NCBI RefSeq assembly: GCF_001194135.2 | Contig: NC_068992.1 | Coordinates: 2,409,561 to 2,473,560, forward strand | Direction: 5' to 3' | From: Octopus bimaculoides | Taxonomy: Eukaryota | Length of the DNA: 64,000 bases | In this document: positions 27,420-39,863 of the stretch, piece by piece | How the letters are laid out: every line of letters begins with the position of its first letter | Position numbering within the stretch: the stretch's first letter is position 1 | Made by a program: the position numbers and the translations under genes | Notes under the pieces: generated by a model | Database searches by the model: none | Told to the model about the DNA's origin: nothing | The model's input: only the letters and a program-made list of their open reading frames with translations

Positions 27420-27600
27420 GTAAACTGGATAGCATTGGGAAGGGCATCCAACCAGAGTGACCCTGCCAAAACTGACAATTGGAGCCTGGGGCAGCTCTGC
27501 AGCCTTGCCAGCACTCGTCAAACCATCCAGCATGGAAAGCGAATGTTAAATGATGAGCATAGCGATGACGATGAGGACGATGAGGACGATGAGGATGATG
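27420..27600 (+). mobile_element. 3' end of a (GAT)n-tailed retroelement
   Basis: CATTGGGAAGGGCATCCA..TGGAGCCTGG..AACCATCCAGCATGGAAAGCGAATGTTAAATGATGA; same family at 49360-49530 (-) and 61380-61750 (+). Confidence 0.75.
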
Positions 27601-28239
27601 ATTTCTAAACGAAAAATAGCTATGTCAGCAATACAAAGTAAATTAACTCTTCATCAATTGTCTATAGCAATCCTAAAAGCTGGTCTTTTCTCCTCTAAAA
27701 CATTACAGAGACCCTATATTCAGAAAATATCCTGTTTATTTGGAATTGGACAGAACAGAAAACAAAACAAAATTTTAATTTCTTATTCCACTGCCATAAA
27801 ATTAATATTAACCTCTTTAAGGGTAATGGCTTTTTAAGCATAGGAAAAAAATATATCTAAGTAAATAAATTTATTCACCTGTCCTGTTTTCATTCACTAA
27901 TTTCATTCACCTGAAAATACTTTCAACCACCAATTTCATTTACTCAAAAATAATTTTATTCCCCAATTTAAGAAACACTGGAGAAGATAAGGGTCAAGCA
28001 TTGTGCTATTTTCAGACCAAGATGTTTCCATTAAATTATTTACCTTGACTCGGTGCCAAAACTAGGACTTTAGATCCACTTATAGCGGATTTAGGGGTCG
28101 GGGTGGGGTGGGATGGGGTTTGGTGGGGGTGTAGAAAGCAAACAGTTTCTTTCTTTGACATGAATGAAGACTTTGCAAGTGAGAAGTGCAAACTGCTTCC
28201 ATTAAACTATTACAAAATAAATAAATCCATTTAAGATTA

Positions 28240-28450
28240 GTAGGAGCTTTGATACAAAGAGTTTGGCAGTTTCCATCCTTTTGTTAAGTCAATGAATATT
28301 TTCATTACTTCAATTGCTAAAAGCATTATCATTTCCTTAATGCTGTTTGCGCCTTTAAAGCAGACAGAATCATTGCAAAATCCCTGATCTGAATGCAATC
28401 CAATCAATGTACTTAACAATGTGATAGAATAAAGCTGTGTAATTGAATCC
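28240..28450 (-). mobile_element. CR1/L2 RT fragment
   Basis: LHSDQGF...IFIDLTK resembles the LH..QHGFR...FIDLSKAFD RT motifs; another RT scrap (VFADDSQF) on + near 30025-30060. Confidence 0.55.
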
Positions 28451-29015
28451 ATGTAATTATCAATGTGTTAAATACAGACTATTCTTTAAGTAGTTGTTAC
28501 TTTTCATTAATGGATGACAAAACTTGTTGACGTTAAGGATAGGAAAATTAAGGTTTGCGATATTCAAGTATTTCCAAACAACACAAACGTAATAAAGGAC
28601 TTCAATTTAGAATCAAATTTGTCACAGTTGCAACTCAACATGATTCCACTTTTCTGACAATCTTATCAAAATACCTTACAGCAATATTTGGTTTGCCTTC
28701 TGAGTTCACATTCTGCTAAATAAGAGTTTGCCTTTCATCCTTCCCAGGTCAATAAAATTTTAGTGATATACTCAGGTGGTCACAGGAAACCCTTTCCTAT
28801 AAATTCATAAGTGTATTTAGTGTAAATCACCTTAATCATTCATCAGGGTGGTGAATCAGTTAAGATAACAGAATGTTGGATTAAATCTATTATAGTCTTA
28901 CTTGAAATCTGGTCATTTGCCTCCATGTTTTCTTTCCCGTGGTTGACAAAACAGAAATGATTCAATTGGCTATTACCATTCTTCAAAATGTGAGAGCTTT
29001 GAATTCTCAGGTTAA

Positions 29016-29230
29016 CCCTTTTGTTACCAAATTTCTGTTGAGATGCTGTGTGTTTCTTTCAATTAATTTTAAATATAACAAAGAACTTAGTAAAATAACT
29101 TAGTCATCATTAAGCTACTGTTAGGAACGTAAATTGTGACTAAGGTTTGGTGGAAGATTTTAATTCAAAACTTATGAAAACAAGTACTACAGAGTCAAAA
29201 CCGGTTTCAGCCAAGTTGGTATCAAAAGGG
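29016..29230 (+). mobile_element. piggyBac-like MITE with TTAA TSD
   Basis: TTAA-CCCTTTTGTTACC...GGTATCAAAAGGG-TTAA; TIR matches at 12 of 13 positions. Confidence 0.85.
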
Positions 29231-30289
29231 TTAAAGAAACCATTGTAGCACTGACATATCAGCAAAAATTGTGTTGAGTTATTTTAAATTCAGTTATGCA
29301 ATATTTTTCACTTTCAAGGCACATGGCTCAGTGATTAGAGCATTGGGCTCACAATCATGAGGTAGTGAGTTTGATTCCCGGACCGGGTTGTGTGTTGTGT
29401 TCTTGAGCAAGACACTTTATTTCACATTGGAGAACATCGGTTGTGTGGAGAGGGGAGACTGGCATGCATGGGTGACTTGTGGTTTTCTATAAACAACGTT
29501 GCCTCACAGGAGAATTTTCTAGGTGCATTCCCATGGTCATTCATGACCAAAGGGAGTATTTTTTTTACCCATTACCCTGATCATTAATGTAATTCATAAA
29601 ACATTTAATTCTAAAGACAGTAGGGTGTGATTTTGAGAAAACTTCACCGATATTTCTTGCAGATCAATTAATTGATCAATTGCAGAGCAGCTGTAAAAAA
29701 GCTGGGTGATTATTTAAGCAAGAGAGAGAGAGAGAAAGACAAAGAGTAAATGACAGAGACAAGTTTATGCATTAATTGTAAAACTAAGATAAGAGAGGAG
29801 AAGAAGAAGTGTTTGAAAGGACAATGTAAGAAAGAGAACAGCTAAGTGTGAAAGGAAGAAATATCTTGCAAAGACATGTGGTGGTTGGTGAATGACATTA
29901 TTTATGAGTTTCAAGTGATTGGAGATTACATAGCATGTAAAAATGGTAAAACAGTGATGGGTTAATATATTAAATATTTATTCTTTCTTTTCACTTGATA
30001 TTCAGTAAGTTTAATCAGAATTCTTTTAGTGTTTGCAGATGACAGTCAATTCATTAAGTTGACAAATGTCTGGCCGATATTGTGTGAAGATGAAAGTTAA
30101 GCATTACACTACTTCCATACCAATATTTTTGCAATAAATTTTGTTGATTTCCTTCAGGTTTTTATAGCGAAAACAGAATAATGAGTACTTCACCAGTGAG
30201 AAGTGTTAGCAGTCCTAACAAAATCAATACTCAATAAATAAATATAGAGAGACAGAGAGACAGTGATAGATAAACGGGTTTTATATATA

Positions 30290-30512
30290 TATATAGATAG
30301 ATAGATAGATAGATAAATGGATAGATAGATAGATAGATAGATAGATAAATGGATAGATAGATAGAGAGATAGATAGATAAATGGATAGATAGATAGAGAG
30401 ATAGATATATAAATGGATAGATAGAGAGATAGATAGATATATAAATGGATAGATAGATAGATAGAGAGATAGATAGGCAGATAGATAAATAGGCAGATAG
30501 ATAGATAGATAG
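30290..30512. repeat. (GATA)n microsatellite
   Basis: Directly visible. Confidence 0.95.
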
Positions 30513-30777
30513 AGCAAATCACCACAGCTGAGATTAGAAGGGGTTACAATATAAAATAGCTTATGGATTTTTGCCATACTTTTAAAATGTTAAAAAGATA
30601 TTTTGTTATGGTGAACTGATTCCAAAGTTCATTGTTTTTTGTTTTTTTTTCTTCCAATCATATTAAGAACCTTTTCACTCATTCCAAAATCCCATTTTCT
30701 GAGCCAGTTACCATTCTGCTTCCATCTACCACTGTGATTCAAAAAGTCTATTTATATAACTATTTATTGGTATGTGC

Positions 30778-30965
30778 GGAGGTGCAATGGCCTAGTGGTT
30801 AGGGCAGCGGACTCGCGGTCATATGATCGCGGTTTCGATTCCCAGACCGGGCGTTGCGAGTGTTTATTGAGCGAAAACACCTAAAAGCTCCACGAGGCTC
30901 CGGCAGGGGATGGTGGCGAACCCTGCTGTACTCTTCCACCACAACTTTCTCTCACTCTTACTTCC
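30778..30965 (+). mobile_element. Young tRNA-derived SINE
   Basis: GGTGCAATGGCCTAGTGGTTAGGGCAGCGGACTCGCGG..GGTTTCGATTCCC; CpGs are intact although the surroundings are CpG-poor. Confidence 0.8.
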
Positions 30966-31279
30966 TTTAGGGTTTTAATAAATACTGTAACAAAACATTG
31001 TTTGAAGGAGATAACCATTTTCCATACTTTCTAAGGGTTAACAAATAGGAAATAACAGTTGCTACCCAAGGACATAAATCATGTTACACAGTGTTATTGA
31101 TATTCAGGAAGATATTCAGGTGTGCCATAAGTGCAGGTGAGTTCTGATGGTTTGGCCAGAGCTCATTCTCAAAAGAAAAAATTCTGTTGTTACAATTCCT
31201 TTTTTATTGCAGACCATCACTCATTTTTTCAGACCCTAAATCATTTTCTTGTATATTCTTTTCTACTCAAGACAGAAGG

Positions 31280-31470
31280 CTTGAAATTTGGGGGGAGGGG
31301 GTCAGTTGATTAGATTAACCCCAGTATGCAACTGGTATTTAGTTTCTCGAACCCAAAAAGATGAAAGGTAAAGTTGACCTTGGCAGAATTTGAACTCAGA
31401 ACATAAAGACAGACGAAATACTGCTCAGCATTTGGCCCAGTGTGCTAACAATTCTGCCAGCTCACTGCCT
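31280..31470 (-). mobile_element. Decayed family-1 SINE
   Basis: AAAGATGAAAGGTAAAGTTGACCTTGGCAGAATTTGAACTC..CAATTCTGCCAGCTCACTGCC. Confidence 0.8.
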
Positions 31471-32950
31471 TCATTTTCTTGTATATTATCCAGGAAGTTG
31501 CATGGCTTAGTGGTTAAGGTGTTGCACTCAGGATCACTAGATTGTGGTTTCAATTCCCAGACGTGGCAATACATTATCTTCTGGAGCAAAACACTTTTGA
31601 ATGGGAAACTGTGTAGCCAAAATAGTCTTCTGAGCAGGGTAGATGTTGGCCTGGTCACTGTTCAAAAGCTAAAACAATACAAAGCGCATGGTGTTCAGTG
31701 ATGTGTAACAACATCCGATCGTTTGGTCAATACCATGACATTATTGGCATCTGTTTGAGTGACCCTTGGAGACATAAAAAAGCTGATTCTGTGAGATGAG
31801 AACTCAGCTTCTTCAATAATGGTTTTCTAAATAAAGAACTTTCAAATCATTAAAAGTTTTATCAAATCTTGGCAAAATAACGAATGAACAATGAATTTGG
31901 TAACTGGCTGATTCCTGGCAATTTATCAACTCCAAGAATCCATAGTTATTTTCTATGTATTTGTTTTGAAAGAGTTTACCAACATAACTATTGTCTGTGC
32001 TTGTACGAATTTTGGTTATTCCAAAAGACAACATACAAAGCACACATCATTTCTACCATACACATGTACATCATACACATATAAGTATAACCTACATCAT
32101 AGATATATCTGTATAATACACATCATGCAAATATATGTATAATGTACATTATACATACATCATACATATATATGTATTTATACATATATGCATAAATACA
32201 CATATAAACTTACACATATATTTTTCTACAAATACACATAAGATGCATGTACATACATAATATATGTATATCAAAGCAGTAGATATACGGCAATATACAC
32301 ACACACACACAGAGAGGCTCATCTGTGCATCATTGTATAGGTACATCTTTATCTTAATTGTAAGATCTTGTATACAAGCACATCTGCATATCATTATATA
32401 TACTTGTAGTCTGAAATATTATCTATGTGATGTCACGTATTCTTCCATTAGCAACTTACTATAAATATAATTTTTTTTTTCCTCCTAGAGAGGAAAAATA
32501 CATCTGTATAGAAATATATAAAATATCAATCTATACTATTTATTTTTCAGACTCATTCTTTTATAATTCTATGCATAAACCTGAACACCTAAGTATATTT
32601 TTCTGTTTTTTTTTTTTGTTTTTTTTTGCTGTTGTATTTTTAATAATAAAAATAAATAACAATGAAAATAAATAAAAACATAAATAAAGAAAACATAAAT
32701 AAGCTAGAAATGTCCATAATAAGGCTTTTTAGAAAGCTTATAATTGCTTGTGATATATTGTAATTCTGAAGGAGACAGCAAACCTAAAAGCAAAAAGAAG
32801 AAGAGAACCAGTTTCTGAATTTGTTTATCCATACGTGTATTGGTCCAACAGAGGTGGAGATGGCAAGCTCGGAAGAATTACACATGAAGAACTTTATTCT
32901 TTTTCTAAGTTTTATCATCACTCAGTATTTACTTTTTATCAGTCTGGAAC

Positions 32951-33281
32951 AAGGGTTCTCAACCTTTTTCTCCTCTGTGTACCCCTCTGATTACTATTTT
33001 ATTCTAGTGGACCTCCATAGCCATTTGATGTTTAAAAACTGGTTTTATAGAAACCTCTTTCCAAGTTTCTATTTTGTTTTTCCCCACATTAACTTGTGTT
33101 GGTTGAATTATGTAAAATATTAGAGAAAAGAAACTAAGCTCTTTCTTGCAATACATCCCAATGCATAGATCTAAAGCAATATTTTTTCAGAGGCCCTTAA
33201 AATATCATGTGGATCCCCAATTTACTATTTTGTTATGTGGACCCCACAAAATGTTATATGGACCCTGATCGAGAACCAGTG
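32951..33281. mobile_element. hAT/Charlie-like MITE
   Basis: Ends CAAGGGTTCTCAACC...GATCGAGAACCAGTG resemble CAGTGGTTCTCAACC TIRs; an inverted partial copy lies near 42840-42935. Confidence 0.65.
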
Positions 33282-34249
33282 GTCACGAATCAGGAGTAAG
33301 TAAGCTCAATACATTAGACCCTCATTTTATCCCTTCCAATATGAAATCAAAATTTTGTTGTCTTTCTTGTATAAATTGACCGACCGATTGTATGGTATTA
33401 ATTATCAAGCTCTCCGTACAGTATGAATTAACATATCAACTGTAGAGAAGCAATTATCCAACAAATTAGGTATCTGTTTAAGGCGGTGAGCTGGCAGAAA
33501 TCTTAGCATGCTGGGCAAAATGTTTAACAGCATTTCATCTGTCTATGTATATATATATATTTTACTCAAAGTCCCAAAGCGACACATAAGCAAAATGGTA
33601 TGATTTAAATATATTAAGCCTTTTGTCTTCTTCTTGAGGCTCTCTTCTTTTCTTTCCTTTCTTTTAAGTATTTTTCTTCACTCTGATGAAGATCTATGTT
33701 CTGGATTGGATGTGTTACCAAATATCATGAATATCATTTTCAGAATATTCAATAGCAATACTGTATAACATTGGAAGCAGAAACAGCTGTTAGATGGGAT
33801 ACAGTCTGTTTGTATTAAAAGTGATAACTGACGTTAATCAACTGTTGTTGATCAATATTTCTCCATTTTCTGTTTACTTTAAATTTGATTCCTGATAAAC
33901 TCATTTTTGTCTTTGTCATTGTCTGTAACCTATGAGCATAATACGCTTGCATGTGTATGTCCAAGGTTAACATAGGTAATTTATACCGGTAGTATAATGA
34001 TATTGATCAGCCTAAAGTTGTGGTAGAAGACATTTGCCCAAGTTGGCATGCAGTGGGACTGAACCCAGAACCATGTGGCTGGGAAGAAGCAAGCTTCTTA
34101 CAACTCAGCCACACCAGAGTGTGAACATATCTATATGTAGTTTGTGTATATATTTATGTATGTATACATGCAGATGTGTGTATGTGAGTAGCCATGTAAC
34201 TACTTTACAGCAAGAAACCTATCCTGTTTTGGTCCCTTCTCTCATTCTT

Positions 34250-34334
34250 TTAAACTCCACCACTTCCTGGAGTAAAATTGCTCCCTTCAGCAGTAAAGGT
34301 TCCCCCTTGTAGTCCTGCAGGTTGCATGTGATGG
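34250..34334 (-). CDS. Candidate terminal coding exon of an unidentified gene
   Basis: Acceptor ttcttttcatgcag|; phase-2 frame reads HHMQPAGLQGGTFTAEGSNFTPGSGGV-stop; locally GC-richer. No homology recognised. Confidence 0.3.
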
Positions 34335-34709
34335 CTGCATGAAAAGAATTCATGTTGACAATGATGATAGTTACAATGATGATGAGACGATGATATTGAT
34401 GATGATGATGATGATGGTAATAATATGTAAAGTTGAAAATACTGTTATTTTGCAAATGAAGTTGTATCCTTGGTCAGGTCAAAGAAGTGAACAGAAAGTT
34501 TTTGACAGAAACGAAACAATAAATAAACCAAGAGTGAATATAACAATGATTGTGCTGTTGTGAAATGGTTAAAATATCTCTTTGCACCGTTTGACAGCTC
34601 CTTGCTTTCACTTTCACAATTCTATATTTCTCTGTTGTTCTACTTTTGTCATCATATTTGTTTAACAAGATTGTTCTATTTTTTTATTATACTAACATGT
34701 CTTAAACAC

Positions 34710-35280
34710 TTGTTTATGAACATACATACATACACACATACATACATACATACACACATATATGCATACACACATACATACATACACACATATATGCATA
34801 CACGCATACATACATACATACATACATGTATACATACATACATACAAGTATGTATACATGCATACATATATACATGTATGTATACATGGATATATATACA
34901 TATATGCATATATACATACATACACACATACACACATACATACATACACACATGCACACATACACACATACATACATACACACATACAGATGTACATAAT
35001 GTATACATACATGTATACATACATACATGCATATATACATGTATACATACATTTATGTATGTAGACATACATACATATATACACATACATACATGCATAT
35101 ATATATATATACATACATTCATGTATACANNNNNNNNNNNNNNNNNNNNNNNNNNNNNNNNNNNNNNNNNNNNNNNNNNNNNNNNNNNNNNNNNNNNNNN
35201 NNNNNNNNNNNNNNNNNNNNNNNNNNNNNATGCATACATACATGCATGCATACATACATACATACATACACACATACATC
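34710..35280. repeat. (CATA)n/(CA)n compound microsatellite with gap
   Basis: Directly visible. Confidence 0.95.
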
Positions 35281-35400
35281 ATCTATGCACAAATATGTAC
35301 ACTAATGACTGCACCTGTTGATGTATTTAAACATACCTGAGTGCTAAATGAAAAAAACAAAAAACCTGAGGAATCTTTCAAATATATTTTTTAATCTTAC

Positions 35401-35592
35401 CATTTTACATTCCAGCTTCTCACAAACAGAAGCTGACAAATTATTGCCATCTGGTAATTGTGCTTTACATTTTCACATATACCTAATTTAGAATTGCTTG
35501 AACTGTAGAAGTTTTTTGTCTTTGGAGTTATATCTAATAAAGACCACTGGCATCTGGTTTTGAGTAGAGAGAAAATTTCCCAAGGGTGCCTT
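35401..35592 (-). CDS. Candidate 192-bp internal exon of an unidentified gene
   Basis: Strong acceptor ttcttcttgcag| and donor ATG|gtaaga; length is a multiple of 3; only the phase-2 frame is open (RHPWEIFSLLK...RSWNVK). Confidence 0.35.
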
Positions 35593-35877
35593 CTGCAAGA
35601 AGAACACATAATTAAGGGCAGACACCAGCACTTGTTGTACTGAGCAGAAAATAATTATAATGAAATGAAATTATGGAATAAGAGATTACCTCCACCTGAC
35701 CCAGATTTTCAATTGACCAAAAATTAAATGGTTTACATCAGTATAAATTGCAACATGTTATTATTATGAATCTTTTACATTACTAAAGACAGGATTCTAT
35801 AACACTTTTACAATCACTTTTTTCCATACCTCATCTTGTGATGCACCTGGATCCCATCATTAGTGATGCTTCCAGAG

Positions 35878-36240
35878 ATCGTTAGGGGTTTCCAGTTTGT
35901 TCAACCTCAGATAACCCCACTCTAATGTTTCAGTCAAGATTGGTCAAGCTCCATCTAGGGTCCAGTTAGCACTACCCCATGATAGCACTGCTCCTTCCAG
36001 GTCTTGAACCACATGATTGACAGCCACCTTGAGCAACTTCTGCCTCCTGGGATCATTAGGGTTTCCAGTCTTTCAACCTCGGATACCCTCACCCTGGTGG
36101 TCTAGTCAAGGTTGGTCAAGCTCCATCTGGGGTCCAGTTAGTGCTACCTCACCATAGCACTGCCCCTGACAAGGCTTCAACCTCCTGATCTAACAGCCAC
36201 TTTGAGCAACATCTGCCTCCTGGGGTCATTAGGGTTTCTA
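35878..36240. repeat. Tandem repeat of about 174 bp (2 copies plus a partial), GC-richer
   Basis: Units start at about 35878, 36052 and 36225 with (A/G)TC(G/A)TTAGGG(G)TTTC; they share GGTCAAGCTCCATCT.GGGTCCAGTTAG and CAGCCAC.TTGAGCAAC.TCTGCCTCCTGGG. Confidence 0.85.
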
Positions 36241-36981
36241 GAGGGTGTCTGTTATGACCCTGAAAACCTGGTCATGCCTTCACTGGCAACATCCCTCTCC
36301 CAAGGCTTATGAACAGGTCCTGAGGATGTAGCTTGACCAGAAACAAATCACCAACACCACATTTCATAATTTCAGAATGAACTTTATAATTCTAAAATGA
36401 TAAAGTAAGTAATTTCAAAAATACTTTCAGAATAATTAAATTTTTAATGATATTTCTAATGAAATAAAGTGTCCAAATACTTCAGTTTATTTCTTAAGAC
36501 AATCAAGAATTTTGGAGAGCTTCATTTAGCTATATTTGGAAAATAATTCAAGAATTAGTTTTTACAAAAAGTTATGATGGAAGAAGAAAGAGCAACTTAA
36601 GTATAAATGCAGTGAACAGTTTATGTCTCGTTGCAGGTCAGTTTTTGGTCAGTCAAGAGTTAATGGATAAATTCACTTCTAACCTATGTACCACTAACAT
36701 CATCAAGGATTTGTATATGGGTTATTTTTTTTTTCCTGTTAGTGCACAACAGTGGTGAGTGTTTTACCAACTCTTTCAAATGCATCTTGACTCTGCCAAG
36801 TCTAATATTCTAAGAATTTATTTGAATACTTCATTAAATCAAATCTGAATTTCTTATGGCTCACCTTAACTTCAATATAAAGAAGAAAAAGGAGAAGACT
36901 CATGACAACGAAGTTTTTTCTTTTTTATTATTATGCCCAATATTCAAATAATCTCTTCAAGAGGCTGTAAGATCATCTGAC

Positions 36982-37181
36982 CTGATTTAGTCTGCTCAAA
37001 GGTGATTCTTTGTGAGTTAAATGACTTTTAACTTGAACACTGATATTACATTTTATTGGTGATAAATCAAATCCTTTGTACAAAACACCGAAATCAGTTA
37101 TTGCGTGGTCAAGCAATTTTCTGGCCTGACACCAATCGATATTCCTTTGGAGAGTGGACGATAATATATTGTTAGTTCTCA
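36982..37181 (-). CDS. Candidate 200-bp internal exon of an unidentified gene
   Basis: Acceptor ctattttcacag|, donor CAG|gtcaga; one frame open for 66 codons (RTNNILSSTLQRNIDWCQARKLLDHAITDFG...SRLNQ); the other two frames stop immediately. Confidence 0.4.
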
Positions 37182-37542
37182 CTGTGAAAATAGTTCTGTT
37201 ATAACCGTTTATTTTAATTACTCCTCAAATACTTGAATAAACAGCTAAAAAAGGGTTTTGTTTTTAATCCTTCATCTTTCCCGCAGAAGGTTAAGTCATT
37301 CTTGTATTACTTCAATATAGCGACAAACAGTGATAGAATTCATGTTTATGAATGTCTCTGTATCTTTCACTCCACATTTTTGTTATGTTCTCTTATGGGT
37401 CCCTCCAAAAATTAAATATTTGTCATGGAGAAGCAATCAACCATAAAATATTACTTCTATTGTAGCATTTCATTTTCTCTACCAACAGAGATTACCATAC
37501 TTTGATTTCAACCGAGAACAGCAGGGATGATATCCTCATTTT

Positions 37543-37586
<44 letters not shown>

Positions 37587-39356
37587 TACACACACACACT
37601 TACACATGTATATATATATATCATATATAAGTGGGGATATCATGCATTCTGTTTTTGATCTGAAACTAAAACCCAGTTGACTCTATTGACAGAGAAAAGG
37701 AAAGGAAGTTTAATATTGATTAAATCAGTTGGAAGAGAATGAAACAAAAAATAAGCAGGAAAACCACTTTATAATGGATAGATGTTCAAGAATTTGCCTT
37801 TTCTTTCTTTCTTTTCTCTTTTTTTTCTATATTTTCTAGCATTTATGAATCGTGCTTACATTGTAGAAGCTTTGAAATATCTTCATGCTGTACCCTAGTG
37901 GTTCTAAAGTTATTTTAGAAATATATCAAATATTTGATGGAACTCAATTTAATGAAAAAGAAGATATAAGATTTGTAAATGGAAAATATGTAACTTACAG
38001 AGAAAATTTTATTATCAGAAAATGAATGAATATACATGTGTGTGTTGTGGTGTATATAAACGTGTTTCTATATGCAAGTATGTTTGTGTTTGTGTGAATG
38101 TGCATGTGTGTGCATGCAAGTGTAATCAAACAAAAATTTAGATAAGCTATCCCAATAATGTATTTGAAATGTCTTGCCAGCACCACTAGAGGCTGCTTGC
38201 TTTGGAATATTAATTATATAACCATTGTACTTTGCATGACTTGTTAACTTCAAAAATGATGCAAGGAAAAAGCACTGCGTTTAATGCATTTGTGAATATA
38301 TGAGATTTGCAACTGGATACATGAGTAGACTTTTAGACTTTCAACAGAATGCTTGGTGGTTCATATCATTTTATTGTTGTTTATTTATGTCCATGCCGAA
38401 GAATCACCATTGTCAAATAGTTCAGTAGAATGTGTTGGACATAGATACATGGCTGTAACCAGTTCAGTTCAAAGTGTTCTATAAAGGTACATTGGTTGTG
38501 TGTTGTAAGCAGTGGAAGCATTGTTTAATTGATGTGTGCTTTGTTAGCTTCTAGTAGAGAAGTGAAACACTTTCATGAATATGAGTTAGAAATAGAATAT
38601 GTCTGAACTGCCACATTGCATCACATTAAAGTAACTACTGATGAACTGCATTGTCCTGGACAGGACAGAGATCTGACACATTTGCAGGTCATTTTAGTGT
38701 ATTACACCATGTTTGGTCAAATCCCTTTGTGACATTGGTCTAATTTATTAAGGCACGTCTGGGGTTACACAGTGGGGTCTGCTTGGTTAACTTGATCTAA
38801 AGTCACATGTAATCTTGAAGCCCCAAAATGTATAATTCATCTCGTTAGTTGGTAATTGATTTCATGAAATAGTTCTATTTCCATTCAATTGCCAGTCAAA
38901 TAACTAAGAGAGATTAACCTCTGCATCATGAATAACAGCAAAGTGTGGAAAATGAGAGCCTTTAGCATTCAGATTACTCCATCAAATGTAATGCTTATTT
39001 ATTCAAATTGTTTCAAATTAATCTAATTTTATCTCATAGCTTTGAAATATCAATGATGTGATTGTTTATTTTAACAATGATATTATAGGGCAGATGTGAG
39101 AAGCCAAATCTGGCTAGAATAATTCGGTCTTATTAGACACATTACATGTGATCTTCTTCTAGCACATTAACAGTCCACCTAGTGGTCTCCTTTATATATA
39201 TATATGTGCATATATATGTGTATATATGTGTGTATATGCATGAGCATGTGTGTATGTATATGTATGTATATATATGTATGTATGTGTGTGTATATATAAA
39301 TATATATATATATGTATAATATATAAAAACATTTATACATATATATATATGTGTGT

Positions 39357-39412
<56 letters not shown>

Positions 39413-39807
39413 ACACCAGTACAAGAACTGGGTTTTCAACACTTGTTTACTCTAAGTTTCAGTTGCCACTCTTTTGAAAACACTTTCAACTGCTGATACC
39501 ATTAAACATCCAATAAAAGGCTTAAAAGAAAAAAAATTGTAGCATCAAAATCGATAAATGGATAAATAAATGCATGTAACAATTGATTGTGTTATCTATT
39601 GTGGTGTTTGAATATCTATCAACCTTGCTTTCATCGAATGTTTATCAATGTTTAATGGTATTGACTGTTGAAGGTGAAAGGCCAGGTTGGAAACTCGGAG
39701 TAAACAACTTTTGAAAACCGCAATATTTGCTACTGTTCTTATCACGTCTAGCTCTATTTTATGAACTGAGTACCACCTCCTGGCACTACCACGAGTACTT
39801 TACATCA

Positions 39808-39863
<56 letters not shown>

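Noticed and set aside
32842-32900. EF-hand-like GDGKLGRITHEEL peptide
   Set aside because: Loop spacing is wrong and the frame runs into a MITE; likely chance.
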